A stretch of 64,000 nucleotides of DNA from Candidatus Fraserbacteria bacterium (lineage in GTDB: Bacteria; Bipolaricaulota; Bipolaricaulia; RBG-16-55-9; DRXL01): contig CAMTVK010000007.1 of assembly GCA_947085185.1 (NCBI GenBank), positions 32,001-96,000 on the forward strand, written 5' to 3'. The translations under genes were made by a program, and so were the position numbers. Shown here piece after piece: positions 9,438-19,004 of this stretch (position 1 is its first letter; the number at the start of each line of letters is the position of its first letter). The notes below the pieces were generated by a model, which saw nothing but the letters and a program-made list of their open reading frames with translations, did not search any database and had not been told where the DNA came from.

Positions 9438-11002
9438 CAGAAGACCATCCCGACGCCGATCACCCAGCCTCGGCGATTGTGCACCCCCACACTCAAGATA
9501 AGATTCTCTGAGCGCAGGCTGAGCCCGATCAGCCCCGTCAGATAGACTTTTTCGGTCTGATACCCATTGGGCTTCACGACGACATCGAGCGTGCCCAGCC
9601 CCGATGACACCAAAGGCAACGCGATGTGGGCTTCTCTCTGAACGGCCAGCCCGCCGGCAACGTCAATCCCAAGCCCCCCTAGGAGCGCCAGCGAGAATCT
9701 CCCGTAAAACTCAGTTTCCGGCCCCTCACGATAAGTTTGCGCCGGCCCTATATCTATGGGAATTCCAATATTCTCGTACTCTGGGACGTCTTCACCGGTC
9801 ATCAAGAACGAGACGCCAAGCCCAACGAGATTCGCCCGGGTCGAAATCACAAAACCAAAGTCGAACCCTACGCTGGGGATCTGGGCGGTGTTCAAGCCCC
9901 CGTTGAGCCCCAACGCCAGAGTTGGCTTGAGCCGTGCTGGTGGTGATATGGGCGTCGGAGGAGTCGGGGGTATGGGCGGTGTTGGCAGCACTGGTAGGGA
10001 CGGTGGTACGAGCAACGGCTTCAGCGTCGCTTCGAGGGTGATCTCCGAGTCACCCTTGAGCTCGATCGTCTGATTCCAGGTCTCATAGGTGGCTTTGGCG
10101 ACGACGATGCGATAGCGTCCTGGGGCAATCTCGAGACTGAGGGGGGTCCTGCCCGCGAAAGCATTATTGATAAAGACGTCTGCGTCGTCGGGGTCGGAGA
10201 CGATGCGCAGCCGCGCAGTGCGCCCTAAGGGGCGGAAGAACGGGCTTGCCATAAGCTGGGCTTCGAGCTGCAAAACCGCGCCTGGCGCTATGTCGAGGGT
10301 TCGGGACCATTCTTCGTAGCCGAAGCGCGAGAGCACGATGCGATAGCGTCCGGGGGCGAGCACAACTTCGAGCGGTGTCTGTCCCAGTGCTATCCCGTTG
10401 AGAGAGACGAGCGCGCCCGGTGGATCGGAGACGACGCGCAAGCGCCCCTCAGGTGCCATAATCTGAAAGCACGTCCAGGCCGCAGCCCACCCCGTGGCGC
10501 TCACCGCTCCCAAGAGCAGCTCTTGCATCTTCGACTTAAATTCTTGAGGCTTCTGGCTCAGCAGCGGAAACGGATTCTGTACAGAGAATTGCCCTTGGGG
10601 GATCAGCTGCTCTAACGGGAGCGGCGCGGCCAAAGCTAAGACTTGGATGCACTCCACCCCCGTGGGCGGGGAGATGACGAGACTGTATCGCTGATTTGGG
10701 ATCGTGTGCGTTCCCGCTGATAAGAAATTGACAGGCTGATACGCATTGGGAAACAAGAGATTCACTCGACGGTCAGGCGTGATATTATAAATATAGACGT
10801 ACGAGCTCTGATTGAGAGCGATGGTCAAGCGCAGCTTATCGCCGGGTCTGTACGAAGTTTTCTCCAAGCCGAGCTGAATAGCTAAGGGAGTCTGAGCCGG
10901 CTGGATGATGATCCCTTCGGGGACTGGTTGCTGTTGGGCTACTCCTAACAGGCTGAAGCATACGAGTCCTACCAAGACACAGAGTCGGCGCATAGATATC
11001 AC
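9437..11002 (-). CDS. secreted DUF4384 plus 2x PEGA domain protein
   Basis: Signal peptide; YVYIYNITPD..VNLLFPN; two SDPxxAxVxxNxxxxGxTPL repeats; Pro-rich linker. Confidence 0.8.
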   Translation of the reverse strand: MISMRRLCVLVGLVCFSLLGVAQQQPVPEGIIIQPAQTPLAIQLGLEKTSYRPGDKLRLTIALNQSSYVYIYNITPDRRVNLLFPNAYQPVNFLSAGTHTIPNQRYSLVISPPTGVECIQVLALAAPLPLEQLIPQGQFSVQNPFPLLSQKPQEFKSKMQELLLGAVSATGWAAAWTCFQIMAPEGRLRVVSDPPGALVSLNGIALGQTPLEVVLAPGRYRIVLSRFGYEEWSRTLDIAPGAVLQLEAQLMASPFFRPLGRTARLRIVSDPDDADVFINNAFAGRTPLSLEIAPGRYRIVVAKATYETWNQTIELKGDSEITLEATLKPLLVPPSLPVLPTPPIPPTPPTPISPPARLKPTLALGLNGGLNTAQIPSVGFDFGFVISTRANLVGLGVSFLMTGEDVPEYENIGIPIDIGPAQTYREGPETEFYGRFSLALLGGLGIDVAGGLAVQREAHIALPLVSSGLGTLDVVVKPNGYQTEKVYLTGLIGLSLRSENLILSVGVHNRRGWVIGVGMVF

Positions 11003-11078
11003 CCCGGCTTAAGTATAAACGAAGGGAGGGCGGTTTGAAAAATAGTTGATGCGCTCTAGACTTATAGTCGGACTCAAG

Positions 11079-11975
11079 ATGAAAACTTCAGCGCTGGCTT
11101 CCGCGCGGACGGTTGAACTACTTCTTGTGATCGTTGTTCTTATTTGGGGTACAAACTTCATCGTGATCAAATGGGCTTTTCGCGAGTTTCCTCCGTTCGC
11201 ATTTAACGCGATACGCATGACGTTAGCAGCCGTGATCCTGGGGGCCATCTGGGTGGCGCGCGAGAAGGACAGAGCCATGCCCTGGCGCGATTGGGTGAAG
11301 TTCTTGGGGGTAGGGCTGGTGGGCAACACGCTGTATCAGATCTTCTTTGCCGCGGGATTGGACTTGACGACCTCAGCGATCTCCTCGCTGTTGATCGGGA
11401 CGATCCCCATCTGGACGGCACTCCTTGCGATGGCGCTCGGTTGGGAGAAGATCACTCAAAAGACATGGCGTGGAATCGTGATGGCGTTTGTGGGGGTAGC
11501 GCTTGTGGCGCTGGGGAGCTCGTGGGGGAATTCCTCGGCGAAAGATCCCCTGATAGGGAACGGGCTTACGCTCTTGGCAGCGATCTGTTGGGCGGCGTAT
11601 ACGGTGCTCTCCAAGGAGCTCTTGGAGAGATACTCCGCGCTGCGCGTCTCTGCCGTTGGGCTTGTAGTGGGGGTTCCGTGGTTGTGGCTCTTCGCTGTGC
11701 CTGAGCTGCTCTCACTCACGTGGCACTCGATATCGCCGCTTCTGTGGGGAAGCTTCGTATATACGAGCGGCTTTCCTATTGTTTTGGCATACCTCATCTG
11801 GTCTTACAGCATCCAAAAGCTTGGGGCAGCGCGCACCGCCGTCTTTAATAACTTAGTCCCGGTGGTGACCTTCGCGCTCGCCTATATCGTCTTGCGCGAG
11901 CCGATCACATGGGCACAGATCATCGGGGGAGCGCTCGTCTTGATCGGCGTCTTTCAGACGACGAAAAAGACGTAG
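11079..11975 (+). CDS. EamA/DMT family transporter
   Basis: IWGTNF, two EamA repeats, ~10 TM; start uncertain (11046-11079). Confidence 0.9.
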   Translation: MKTSALASARTVELLLVIVVLIWGTNFIVIKWAFREFPPFAFNAIRMTLAAVILGAIWVAREKDRAMPWRDWVKFLGVGLVGNTLYQIFFAAGLDLTTSAISSLLIGTIPIWTALLAMALGWEKITQKTWRGIVMAFVGVALVALGSSWGNSSAKDPLIGNGLTLLAAICWAAYTVLSKELLERYSALRVSAVGLVVGVPWLWLFAVPELLSLTWHSISPLLWGSFVYTSGFPIVLAYLIWSYSIQKLGAARTAVFNNLVPVVTFALAYIVLREPITWAQIIGGALVLIGVFQTTKKT

Positions 11976-12000
11976 GGGCACGCCAAGCGTGCCCCTTACG
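11971..12000. repeat. GTAG-family REP-like palindrome, possibly also a terminator between convergent genes
   Basis: cGTAGGGGCACGC-caa-GCGTGCCCCT-TACg. Confidence 0.7.
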
Positions 12001-12010
12001 TCGAATAGTC

Positions 12011-13288
12011 TTATGCGTACAGTCCGCGAGCGCGCGCGGCCTCCGCAACACGTGATACCGCCGTCATGAACGCCGCAGTGCGCATGTCAACTTTCTCCTT
12101 GAGATGCATAGCGAGCACTCGCTTGAACGCCTCCGTCATGAAGAGCTTGAGACGCTCATCTACTCTCTCAGCGTCCCAGAAATACCGATAGCGATCTTGC
12201 ACCCACTCAAAGTACGAGACGGTCACCCCGCCGGAGTTCGCCAAGATATCGGGGATCACGAAAATCCCGCGCTCGTGCAAGATCGCATCGGCCTCTTGGG
12301 TCGTGGGGCCGTTGGCCAGCTCGCAGATGACCTTCGCTTTGATCTTTGGAGCATTGTGCTCATGGAGCTGGTCTTCTAATGCCGCTGGCGCTAAGATATC
12401 ACACGGGAGCTCCAACAGCTCTGCGTTGGTGATCTGGTCTGCCCCTTTGAAACCGACGACCGTGCCCGTCTCCTTCTTGAAGGCGAGCACAGCTTTGTAG
12501 TCCAAGCCCTTGCTGTTGTAGATGCCGCCCGTGGAGTCGCTGACGGCGATGATCTTGGCCCCGGCATCCTGCATGAATTGAGCATAGTACGAGCCGGCAT
12601 TGCCAAAGCCCTGAATCGCGACGGCGGCGCCCTCCAACTTCATCTTGAGGTGATCGAGTGCTTCGAGGGTACAGAAGAAGCCGCCGCGGGCTGTCGCCGT
12701 CTCGCGTCCCACTGAGCCCCCTAACAACAACGGCTTGCCCGTCACCAGACCCGGCATGAATTCCCCATGATGGTGCATGCTAATTGTATCAACGATCCAG
12801 GCCATCTCCCGCGAGCCTGTATAGACGTCGGGTGCGGGGATGTCCATATCCGGCCCGATGATCACAGAGATCTCGGATGCATAGCGTCGCGTGAGCCGCT
12901 CGATCTCCCCAATGGACATCTCCTTGGGGTTGCACCGGACGCCCCCCTTGGCCCCGCTGAAGGGCAGCCCCGCGACCGCGCACTTCCAGTTCATCAGGAT
13001 CGCGAGCGCCTCGACTTCTTCTAACGTCGTGTTGGGGTGATAGCGAATGCCGCCCTTGCCCGGCCCCAATACGGGATGACACTGCACCCGATAGCCCTCA
13101 AAATTGATCGTCCGGCCATCGTCCATGCGCACCGGAAAGTTGACGATCAGCTTGCGCTTGGGATACCGCAACAGCTCGACTAAGCTGTCTTCCAGCTTGA
13201 GCTTTCGCGCAGCCACGTCGAAGAAGTACCGCGCGGTCTTGAGCATCTTCAGCTCGCCTTCCCGTTTGACATCTGCTGTGGTGGCCAT
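12011..13288 (-). CDS. gdhA: Glu/Leu/Phe/Val dehydrogenase (glutamate dehydrogenase)
   Basis: GPGKGGIRYHP, GAKGG, DIPAPDV, QGFGNAG, NSGGVTVSYFEW. Confidence 0.93.
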   Translation of the reverse strand: MATTADVKREGELKMLKTARYFFDVAARKLKLEDSLVELLRYPKRKLIVNFPVRMDDGRTINFEGYRVQCHPVLGPGKGGIRYHPNTTLEEVEALAILMNWKCAVAGLPFSGAKGGVRCNPKEMSIGEIERLTRRYASEISVIIGPDMDIPAPDVYTGSREMAWIVDTISMHHHGEFMPGLVTGKPLLLGGSVGRETATARGGFFCTLEALDHLKMKLEGAAVAIQGFGNAGSYYAQFMQDAGAKIIAVSDSTGGIYNSKGLDYKAVLAFKKETGTVVGFKGADQITNAELLELPCDILAPAALEDQLHEHNAPKIKAKVICELANGPTTQEADAILHERGIFVIPDILANSGGVTVSYFEWVQDRYRYFWDAERVDERLKLFMTEAFKRVLAMHLKEKVDMRTAAFMTAVSRVAEAARARGLYA

Positions 13289-13291
13289 AGA

Positions 13292-13837
13292 TCAGACCTC
13301 CTTTGTCTGAGTCTTCTGAACCAACTGACGACCGATCTCCAAAGCGCGCAGGTTCTGCTCACGGAACTTGGCGGGAGTGCGCCTCTCTACAGCCTTGTGC
13401 AAACTCTCCCAAGAGACGAGCTCCGCCAAGGCGTTCAGCGCTCCCAGAGCTACAACATTGGCTACCACCTTATTGCCCACATGCTCAACTGCCATGCGCA
13501 CCAACGGAAGCTTATGAATCGCCGTAAGAGATGGGGCCTGCACTTGTGCGGAGTCTACGACAATCAGACCGTGATCGTTCATGGCGGGGAAGTATCTGTC
13601 GAACGCATCTTGCGAGAGACAGAGCAAGATATCGGGTTTGGTCACTTGGGGATAGGCGATCTTCTCAGAAGAGATAATCACTTCGGCTTTGCTGGCTCCC
13701 AGGCGCGCCTCGGGGCCGTAGCTCTGCGCCACCGCGACGTTCTTGCCGTCGCGCATCGCCGCTTCGGCCAAGATAATCCCAGCTAAGACCAGCCCCTGCC
13801 CCCCAGACCCACTCAATTGAATCTGCTTAGTCGCCAT
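13292..13837 (-). CDS. korC: 2-oxoacid:ferredoxin oxidoreductase gamma subunit (Kor-type)
   Basis: SGSGGQG, QSYGPEARLGAS. Confidence 0.88.
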   Translation of the reverse strand: MATKQIQLSGSGGQGLVLAGIILAEAAMRDGKNVAVAQSYGPEARLGASKAEVIISSEKIAYPQVTKPDILLCLSQDAFDRYFPAMNDHGLIVVDSAQVQAPSLTAIHKLPLVRMAVEHVGNKVVANVVALGALNALAELVSWESLHKAVERRTPAKFREQNLRALEIGRQLVQKTQTKEV

Positions 13838-14663
13838 CCATCTTCACCCGCTGGCCCTGCATCTGTGCTATCAGCCCGTAATAGCTCTCCACAAACTCCG
13901 GACGCTCCTGTCGATGCAGTTCCCCAATGACTATCTTCTCAGCGCGCTCCTCCTCACTGAGCTGCTCCCACTCTTCGATGGGCACAGTTTGCTCTTTGAT
14001 ATTGTGCAGCATCTCATAGGGATCGCGCAAGTCGTTCAGCCGCCCATAATATGTCGGGCAGTGCGTGAGCACCTCGATCACGGAGAAGCCCTTATGGGCG
14101 ATCCCGCGCTTGATCAAGTGCACCATATCACGGAAGTCGAAGCTGGTGGTGCGCGCGACGTAGGTCGCTCCGGCGGCGATGGCGAGCCGAGCGATATCGA
14201 AGGGGTGTTCGAGATTTCCATAGGGGCTGGTCATGCTCTTCTTCTGACGGGGAGTCGTGGGCGCGACCTGCCCGCCCGTCTGGCCGTAAATCGAATTGTT
14301 ATAGATAATCGCTGTTAAATCTAAATTCCGCCGGCACGCGTGAATGAAGTGATTCCCCCCAATGCCCACGGCGTCGCCGTCGCCGAGGGCGAGCACGACT
14401 GTTAAGTCTGGGCGCACCAGCTTGAGCCCCGTGGCAAAGACGAGCGCCCGCCCGTGCGTCGTGTGCATCGCGTCGGTATTGAAGAGAAAAGCTGTGCGCC
14501 CCGAGCACCCGATCCCACCGACGACCGCCGTTTGGTTGGGATCGAGCTTGAGCTCGGCCATGGCGCACGCCAACGCGTGCGTGATCATGCCGTGCCCACA
14601 CCCGGGACACCAGACATGGGGCAACTTCTCTACTCTCAAATATTCTAGAAACTCATGCGCCAT
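13827..14663 (-). CDS. korB: 2-oxoacid:ferredoxin oxidoreductase beta subunit (Kor-type)
   Basis: WCPGCG, GIGCS, GDGD TPP motif, CPTYYGR. Confidence 0.9.
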   Translation of the reverse strand: MAHEFLEYLRVEKLPHVWCPGCGHGMITHALACAMAELKLDPNQTAVVGGIGCSGRTAFLFNTDAMHTTHGRALVFATGLKLVRPDLTVVLALGDGDAVGIGGNHFIHACRRNLDLTAIIYNNSIYGQTGGQVAPTTPRQKKSMTSPYGNLEHPFDIARLAIAAGATYVARTTSFDFRDMVHLIKRGIAHKGFSVIEVLTHCPTYYGRLNDLRDPYEMLHNIKEQTVPIEEWEQLSEEERAEKIVIGELHRQERPEFVESYYGLIAQMQGQRVKMDGD

Positions 14664-15792
14664 AGCGTCCCCCCTTGCTACAGTGTATGCGATCGGACAC
14701 GCGCTGACATATCTGTTCTGGAGTGATCAAGTATCCGTCAACGCGCCCCAGGTGTTCCACGGGGGCTTGGCCGCCCACGGCGCGCTCGACCTCTCGCACG
14801 AGTTGCCCTAAATTGAGCTCCGGGACCAGCACATACCGAGCACGCTCTGTACACGAACGCACGATCTTGTCTGGAAAGGGCCACAGCGTCTTCAGATCGA
14901 GCCAGCCGACGGCCACCCCTTCGGCTCGCAGAGCACGCACAGCTTCTTCTACCGCTCGGCTGGTGATGCCATAGCTGACGATCACGACCTCCGCGTCGTC
15001 CACATAATAAGCGTGATAGAGCGCGAGTTCTTCGGCGCGGCTCTCGATCTTCGTTAAAATCCTCTGAAGCTGTTCGGCAGCTTTCTTCCCCTGCGCGGGA
15101 AACCCGAGCTCATCGTGAGCCATCCCCGTGACCATAAGGCGCCCGCCCTCGCCAAAAGCGCAGAACGTCTCATCGGAGAACGGCTTGAAATCTTCAAGGC
15201 GCTCAGGGCGCTGTCGCGAGATGACCTCGAGTTCTCCGGGCTCAGGGAGAATAACATTCTCGCGCAGGTGCGCCAAGACTTCGTCGAGGAGCAGGATGAC
15301 CGGCACGCGATATCTTTCCGCGAGATTAAAAGCTCGGACGGTCATCTCGAAGACCTCGCGCACCCAGGAAGCCGTCAGCACGATGACAGGGTGATCGCCG
15401 TGGGTGCCCCAGCGGGCTTGCATGACATCGCCTTGGGAGACCTTGGTGGGCTGGCCGGTGCTCGGCCCGCCACGCTGCGCATCTACGATGACGCACGGAG
15501 TCTCTGTAATCGCGGCGTACCCAATAGACTCCTGCATGAGCGAAAATCCGGGCCCGCTCGTCGCCGTCATCGCTTTCACACCGCCCCACGACGCCCCGAT
15601 GACCGCCGAAATAGATGCGATCTCGTCTTCCATCTGAATACAGACGCCGCCGACCTTGGGCAGCTCGCGCGCTAAGTATTCCATGATCTCGCTGCTGGGC
15701 GTGATGGGGTACCCCGCAAAGAACCGACAGCCCGCGTAGATCGCCCCGCGCGCACACGCCTCGTTCCCCTGGACAAGCTCTAGCTCTCTCAT
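14653..15792 (-). CDS. korA: 2-oxoacid:ferredoxin oxidoreductase alpha subunit (Kor-type)
   Basis: FAGYPITPSSE, QMEDEI, TATSGPG, QRGGPSTG. Confidence 0.9.
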   Translation of the reverse strand: MRELELVQGNEACARGAIYAGCRFFAGYPITPSSEIMEYLARELPKVGGVCIQMEDEIASISAVIGASWGGVKAMTATSGPGFSLMQESIGYAAITETPCVIVDAQRGGPSTGQPTKVSQGDVMQARWGTHGDHPVIVLTASWVREVFEMTVRAFNLAERYRVPVILLLDEVLAHLRENVILPEPGELEVISRQRPERLEDFKPFSDETFCAFGEGGRLMVTGMAHDELGFPAQGKKAAEQLQRILTKIESRAEELALYHAYYVDDAEVVIVSYGITSRAVEEAVRALRAEGVAVGWLDLKTLWPFPDKIVRSCTERARYVLVPELNLGQLVREVERAVGGQAPVEHLGRVDGYLITPEQICQRVSDRIHCSKGGRYGA

Positions 15793-16022
15793 ACAAGCGC
15801 CGGCTGAGAGACCCTGTTCTTATGGACCGAGATAGCAAAATCAGGACACCGCTGCTCGCAGATGCCGCAGAAGACACAGCGAGCGATCTCCTTGGCCTCG
15901 ACCTTCCCCTCGCCGTTGAGCACCAATACGCCCATGGGACAGCTCTGAACACACACTTCGCATCCCTTGCACCGACGCGGCTCGATGACTAAGAAAAAGC
16001 CCCCTTGCTCGTAACGTATCAT
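15789..16022 (-). CDS. korD: 2x[4Fe-4S] delta subunit (Kor-type)
   Basis: CKGCEVCVQSCP and CVFCGICEQRCPD; start MIRYEQ coupled to the porB stop. Confidence 0.88.
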   Translation of the reverse strand: MIRYEQGGFFLVIEPRRCKGCEVCVQSCPMGVLVLNGEGKVEAKEIARCVFCGICEQRCPDFAISVHKNRVSQPALV

Positions 16023-16960
16023 AGAGATCTGCTCCTCTGCAGCAATCTCTCCCAGTCTTCGTCCACTTGCTGTTGGATCTGCATCACGAGCGCCTCGTTT
16101 CCTGGCGCCAGCAGATGGGCAAAGCGCTTCTGCGGGCGCAGCCACTCCGTGATGGGGAGCTTCTCCTCGGGAATAGAGTTTATGTGCCAGCGCCCGTCCA
16201 TGATCTCATAGAGGGGCCAGTAGCACGTCTCCACGGCTAGACGAGCGATCTTGACGCTCGCCTCGGGCGGGTGGCCCCAGCCGCGTGGGCAGGTCGAGAG
16301 CACATTGAGAAACGCTGGGCCATCTACAGAAGCAGCCTTGCGCGCCTTCAGCGCGAGATCGTACCAATCGCTGATGGACGCTTGCGCCACATACGGGATG
16401 TGGTGCGCCGCGACAATCTCTGTTAAGTCTTTGCGGCGCTGGGGCTTGCCAAAGCTCTTCTCGCCCACCGGGACGGTGCTCGTGTGCGCGGCAAACGGCG
16501 TCGCCCCGGAACGCTGATTGCCTGTGTTCATATACGCTTCGTTGTCGTAGCAGACGTATATGAATCTATGGCCACGCTCGAGCGCTCCAGAGAGCGCCTG
16601 CAGCCCGATATCGTAGGTGCCGCCGTCGCCCCCAAACGCCACAAACCGAATCTCTTTGGTGAGCTGGCCTCGCCGTCGTAAGACCCTATAGGCCGTCTCA
16701 ACCCCGCTGGCGACGGCCGCGGCGTTCTCGAACGCCACATGGATCCACGGGACGTTCCAGGCTGTCGTGGGATAGCGCGTCGTGGCCACCTCAAGACAGC
16801 CCGTCGCGTTTATAACCACGACGGGCTCTTCAATGGCGTTGAGGATCGTGCGTACGCAGATGGGGACCCCACAGCCGGCACAGAGGGCATGAGCCCCGGT
16901 GAAGCGTTTGTGGAGCTCCTCGCGTTGTGCGAGTTCTTTCGTATTGGGCATAGAGATCAC
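16019..16960 (-). CDS. porB: pyruvate/2-oxoacid:ferredoxin oxidoreductase beta subunit
   Basis: CAGCG, TGCLEV, GGDGGTYDIG, YMNTG, CPRGW. Confidence 0.92.
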   Translation of the reverse strand: MISMPNTKELAQREELHKRFTGAHALCAGCGVPICVRTILNAIEEPVVVINATGCLEVATTRYPTTAWNVPWIHVAFENAAAVASGVETAYRVLRRRGQLTKEIRFVAFGGDGGTYDIGLQALSGALERGHRFIYVCYDNEAYMNTGNQRSGATPFAAHTSTVPVGEKSFGKPQRRKDLTEIVAAHHIPYVAQASISDWYDLALKARKAASVDGPAFLNVLSTCPRGWGHPPEASVKIARLAVETCYWPLYEIMDGRWHINSIPEEKLPITEWLRPQKRFAHLLAPGNEALVMQIQQQVDEDWERLLQRSRSL

Positions 16961-18150
16961 TCCCGCAGGCCAAGATAGCGCAACACCGTCGGGTCGAGGT
17001 CGTTCTGCAAGTCCGTCACGACGGACGTTAAGAGCTCTGGGGGCGTGTCGCGCCCGCCCAGCCCATAGATATAGTTATAGAGCGCGGGTCTTTTGTGGAG
17101 ATAGCGTCCGAGCGCCGCAGCGATTTCTAAATAGAGCGGCCCCCAACTGCCCAGTGAGATCGCGCGATCTAAGACGGCCACGGCGCGCTTGCCCGCAAGC
17201 GCCTGCGCGATCTCGCGGGCGGGGAAGGGGCGAAAGACCCAAGGCTTCAACAGCCCGACTTTGATCCCCTTGCGCCGCAGCCGATCTATGGCGACTTTGG
17301 CCGTGCCCGCCGTCGAACTCAAGATCACGAGCGCGTACTCCGCATCGCTGAGCTTATACTCTTCAAAGAAGCCCTCATAACGACGGCCTGAAATCTCCGC
17401 AAACCCTCTCTGAAGCTCAAGCCAGACAGTCCGTGCTGCTTCAAGGGCATCAACTTGTTGGCGCTTGAGCTCAAAATAATAGTCGGGCAGGGCAAACGGC
17501 CCTTGGGTCGTGGGATGCTCTACGTCCAAGAGAGGATAGAGCGGTTTGTATTCGCCCACGAATGCTTTGACGGCTTCATCGGGAAGAAGAGCTACGGGCT
17601 CGGCCGAGTGCGTGATCGTGAATCCATCTTGCATCACCATCACCGGGGCTAAGACCCTACGGTCCTCCGCGAGCCGCTGGGCGACGATCATGAAGTCATA
17701 GGCTTCTTGGGCGTTTTCGGCAAAGAGCTGCACACACCCGGCATCGCGGGCCATCATGCTGTCGGAGTGATCGCAATGAATATTAATGGGGCCGGAGAGC
17801 GCCCGGCTCCCTACGGCAATGACGATGGGGCAGCGCATGGACGCTGCGATATAGACGATCTCGAGCATCAGCGCCAACCCTTGGGAGCTCGTAGCGGTCA
17901 TCACGCGCGCCCCAGCGCACGACGCGCCCACAGCCGCGCTCATGGCGCTATGCTCGCTCTCCACGTTGATGATCTCTGTATCGCACTGGCCGTCGGCGAC
18001 GAACTGTGCGAATGTCTCGATAATAGGGGTCTGGGGCGTGATGGGATAGACGGGCACGACATCGGGATGGATCTGGCGCATCGCGTGTGCCGCAGCTTCC
18101 GCTCCTGTCAAGAGAAGCAGTTCTGTTGCTGATGTCATGGCCGCGCCCAT
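16957..18150 (-). CDS. porA: pyruvate/2-oxoacid:ferredoxin oxidoreductase alpha subunit
   Basis: YPITPQT, ESEHSAMS, TATSSQGL, GLGGRD. Confidence 0.92.
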   Translation of the reverse strand: MGAAMTSATELLLLTGAEAAAHAMRQIHPDVVPVYPITPQTPIIETFAQFVADGQCDTEIINVESEHSAMSAAVGASCAGARVMTATSSQGLALMLEIVYIAASMRCPIVIAVGSRALSGPINIHCDHSDSMMARDAGCVQLFAENAQEAYDFMIVAQRLAEDRRVLAPVMVMQDGFTITHSAEPVALLPDEAVKAFVGEYKPLYPLLDVEHPTTQGPFALPDYYFELKRQQVDALEAARTVWLELQRGFAEISGRRYEGFFEEYKLSDAEYALVILSSTAGTAKVAIDRLRRKGIKVGLLKPWVFRPFPAREIAQALAGKRAVAVLDRAISLGSWGPLYLEIAAALGRYLHKRPALYNYIYGLGGRDTPPELLTSVVTDLQNDLDPTVLRYLGLRE

Positions 18151-18156
18151 ACTTCT

Positions 18157-18438
18157 TCACCCGGCTTCTTCTTCGATCATCGTGATCGCTCCGGTGGGAC
18201 AGACTTGCGAGCAGATCCCGCACCCCTTACAGTGATCGTAGCTGATCCCACGCATCTGCAGGCGCTCGACCAAGATCGTGGCTTCCGGGCAGTGGACCCA
18301 GCAGAGCAGACAATTGACGCAGAGCCTCTCGGTGAAGATGGGCTTTTTGCCGGCTCGCCACCCTCCGGTCTGTACGAGCTGAGGCGTCGCACCGCCAGGG
18401 ATGACCCCGCCAATGGGGAGCTCTTGATAGCGCCTCAT
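18157..18438 (-). CDS. porD: Por delta subunit (2x[4Fe-4S])
   Basis: TGGWR, CVNCLLCWVHCP, CKGCGICSQVCP. Confidence 0.92.
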   Translation of the reverse strand: MRRYQELPIGGVIPGGATPQLVQTGGWRAGKKPIFTERLCVNCLLCWVHCPEATILVERLQMRGISYDHCKGCGICSQVCPTGAITMIEEEAG

Positions 18439-18998
18439 AGCGATGCCTCACTGTCGTCAAGCGCAGCAAAGCCTGCGCGCAGCGCCGCGATGTTGGTCGC
18501 CAGCGCCTTCTCGCCGAACATGTGAGCAAGCTCTCTCTCTAAATCTTCAAGGACGAGATCGCCGAGCACGCGCACCAGCGCCCCCACCATCACCACGTTG
18601 GAGAAGCGCACGCCCACCGAACGCGCGAGCGCGTCCGCATCGAGCGTGATGATCTTCCCTGAAAACCCCGTGAGCGCCCGGATCTCTTGTGGGGTCTTTG
18701 GGCTGTTCACCAAGAGAACCCCGTGGCGCTTGAGCCCTTCGGTGACCCGGGCTTCTTTTGCTGTCAGCAATGTCGGGTCGAGCACCACGACGATGTCTGG
18801 TTCGTAGACGCTGCAGTGCAAGCGGATCTCTTTGGTATCGAGGCGATTGAACGCTTTGACGGGTGCGCCGCTGCGCTCTGGGCCGTATTCAGGGAAAGCC
18901 TGGACGAAGCGCCCGCGGCGCAGCGCCGCTCCAGCTAAGAGCTGGGAGACGGTCTTAGCTCCTTGGCCGCCGCGCCCGTGCCAGCGAATCTCTATCAC
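18435..18998 (-). CDS. porC: Por gamma subunit
   Basis: EIRWHGRGGQG, FPEYGPERSGAP. Confidence 0.92.
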   Translation of the reverse strand: MIEIRWHGRGGQGAKTVSQLLAGAALRRGRFVQAFPEYGPERSGAPVKAFNRLDTKEIRLHCSVYEPDIVVVLDPTLLTAKEARVTEGLKRHGVLLVNSPKTPQEIRALTGFSGKIITLDADALARSVGVRFSNVVMVGALVRVLGDLVLEDLERELAHMFGEKALATNIAALRAGFAALDDSEASL

Positions 18999-19004
18999 CG
19001 CGCG

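Noticed and set aside
9930..10010. Low-complexity repeat in the PEGA gene
   Set aside because: It encodes an ordinary Pro/Thr-rich linker.
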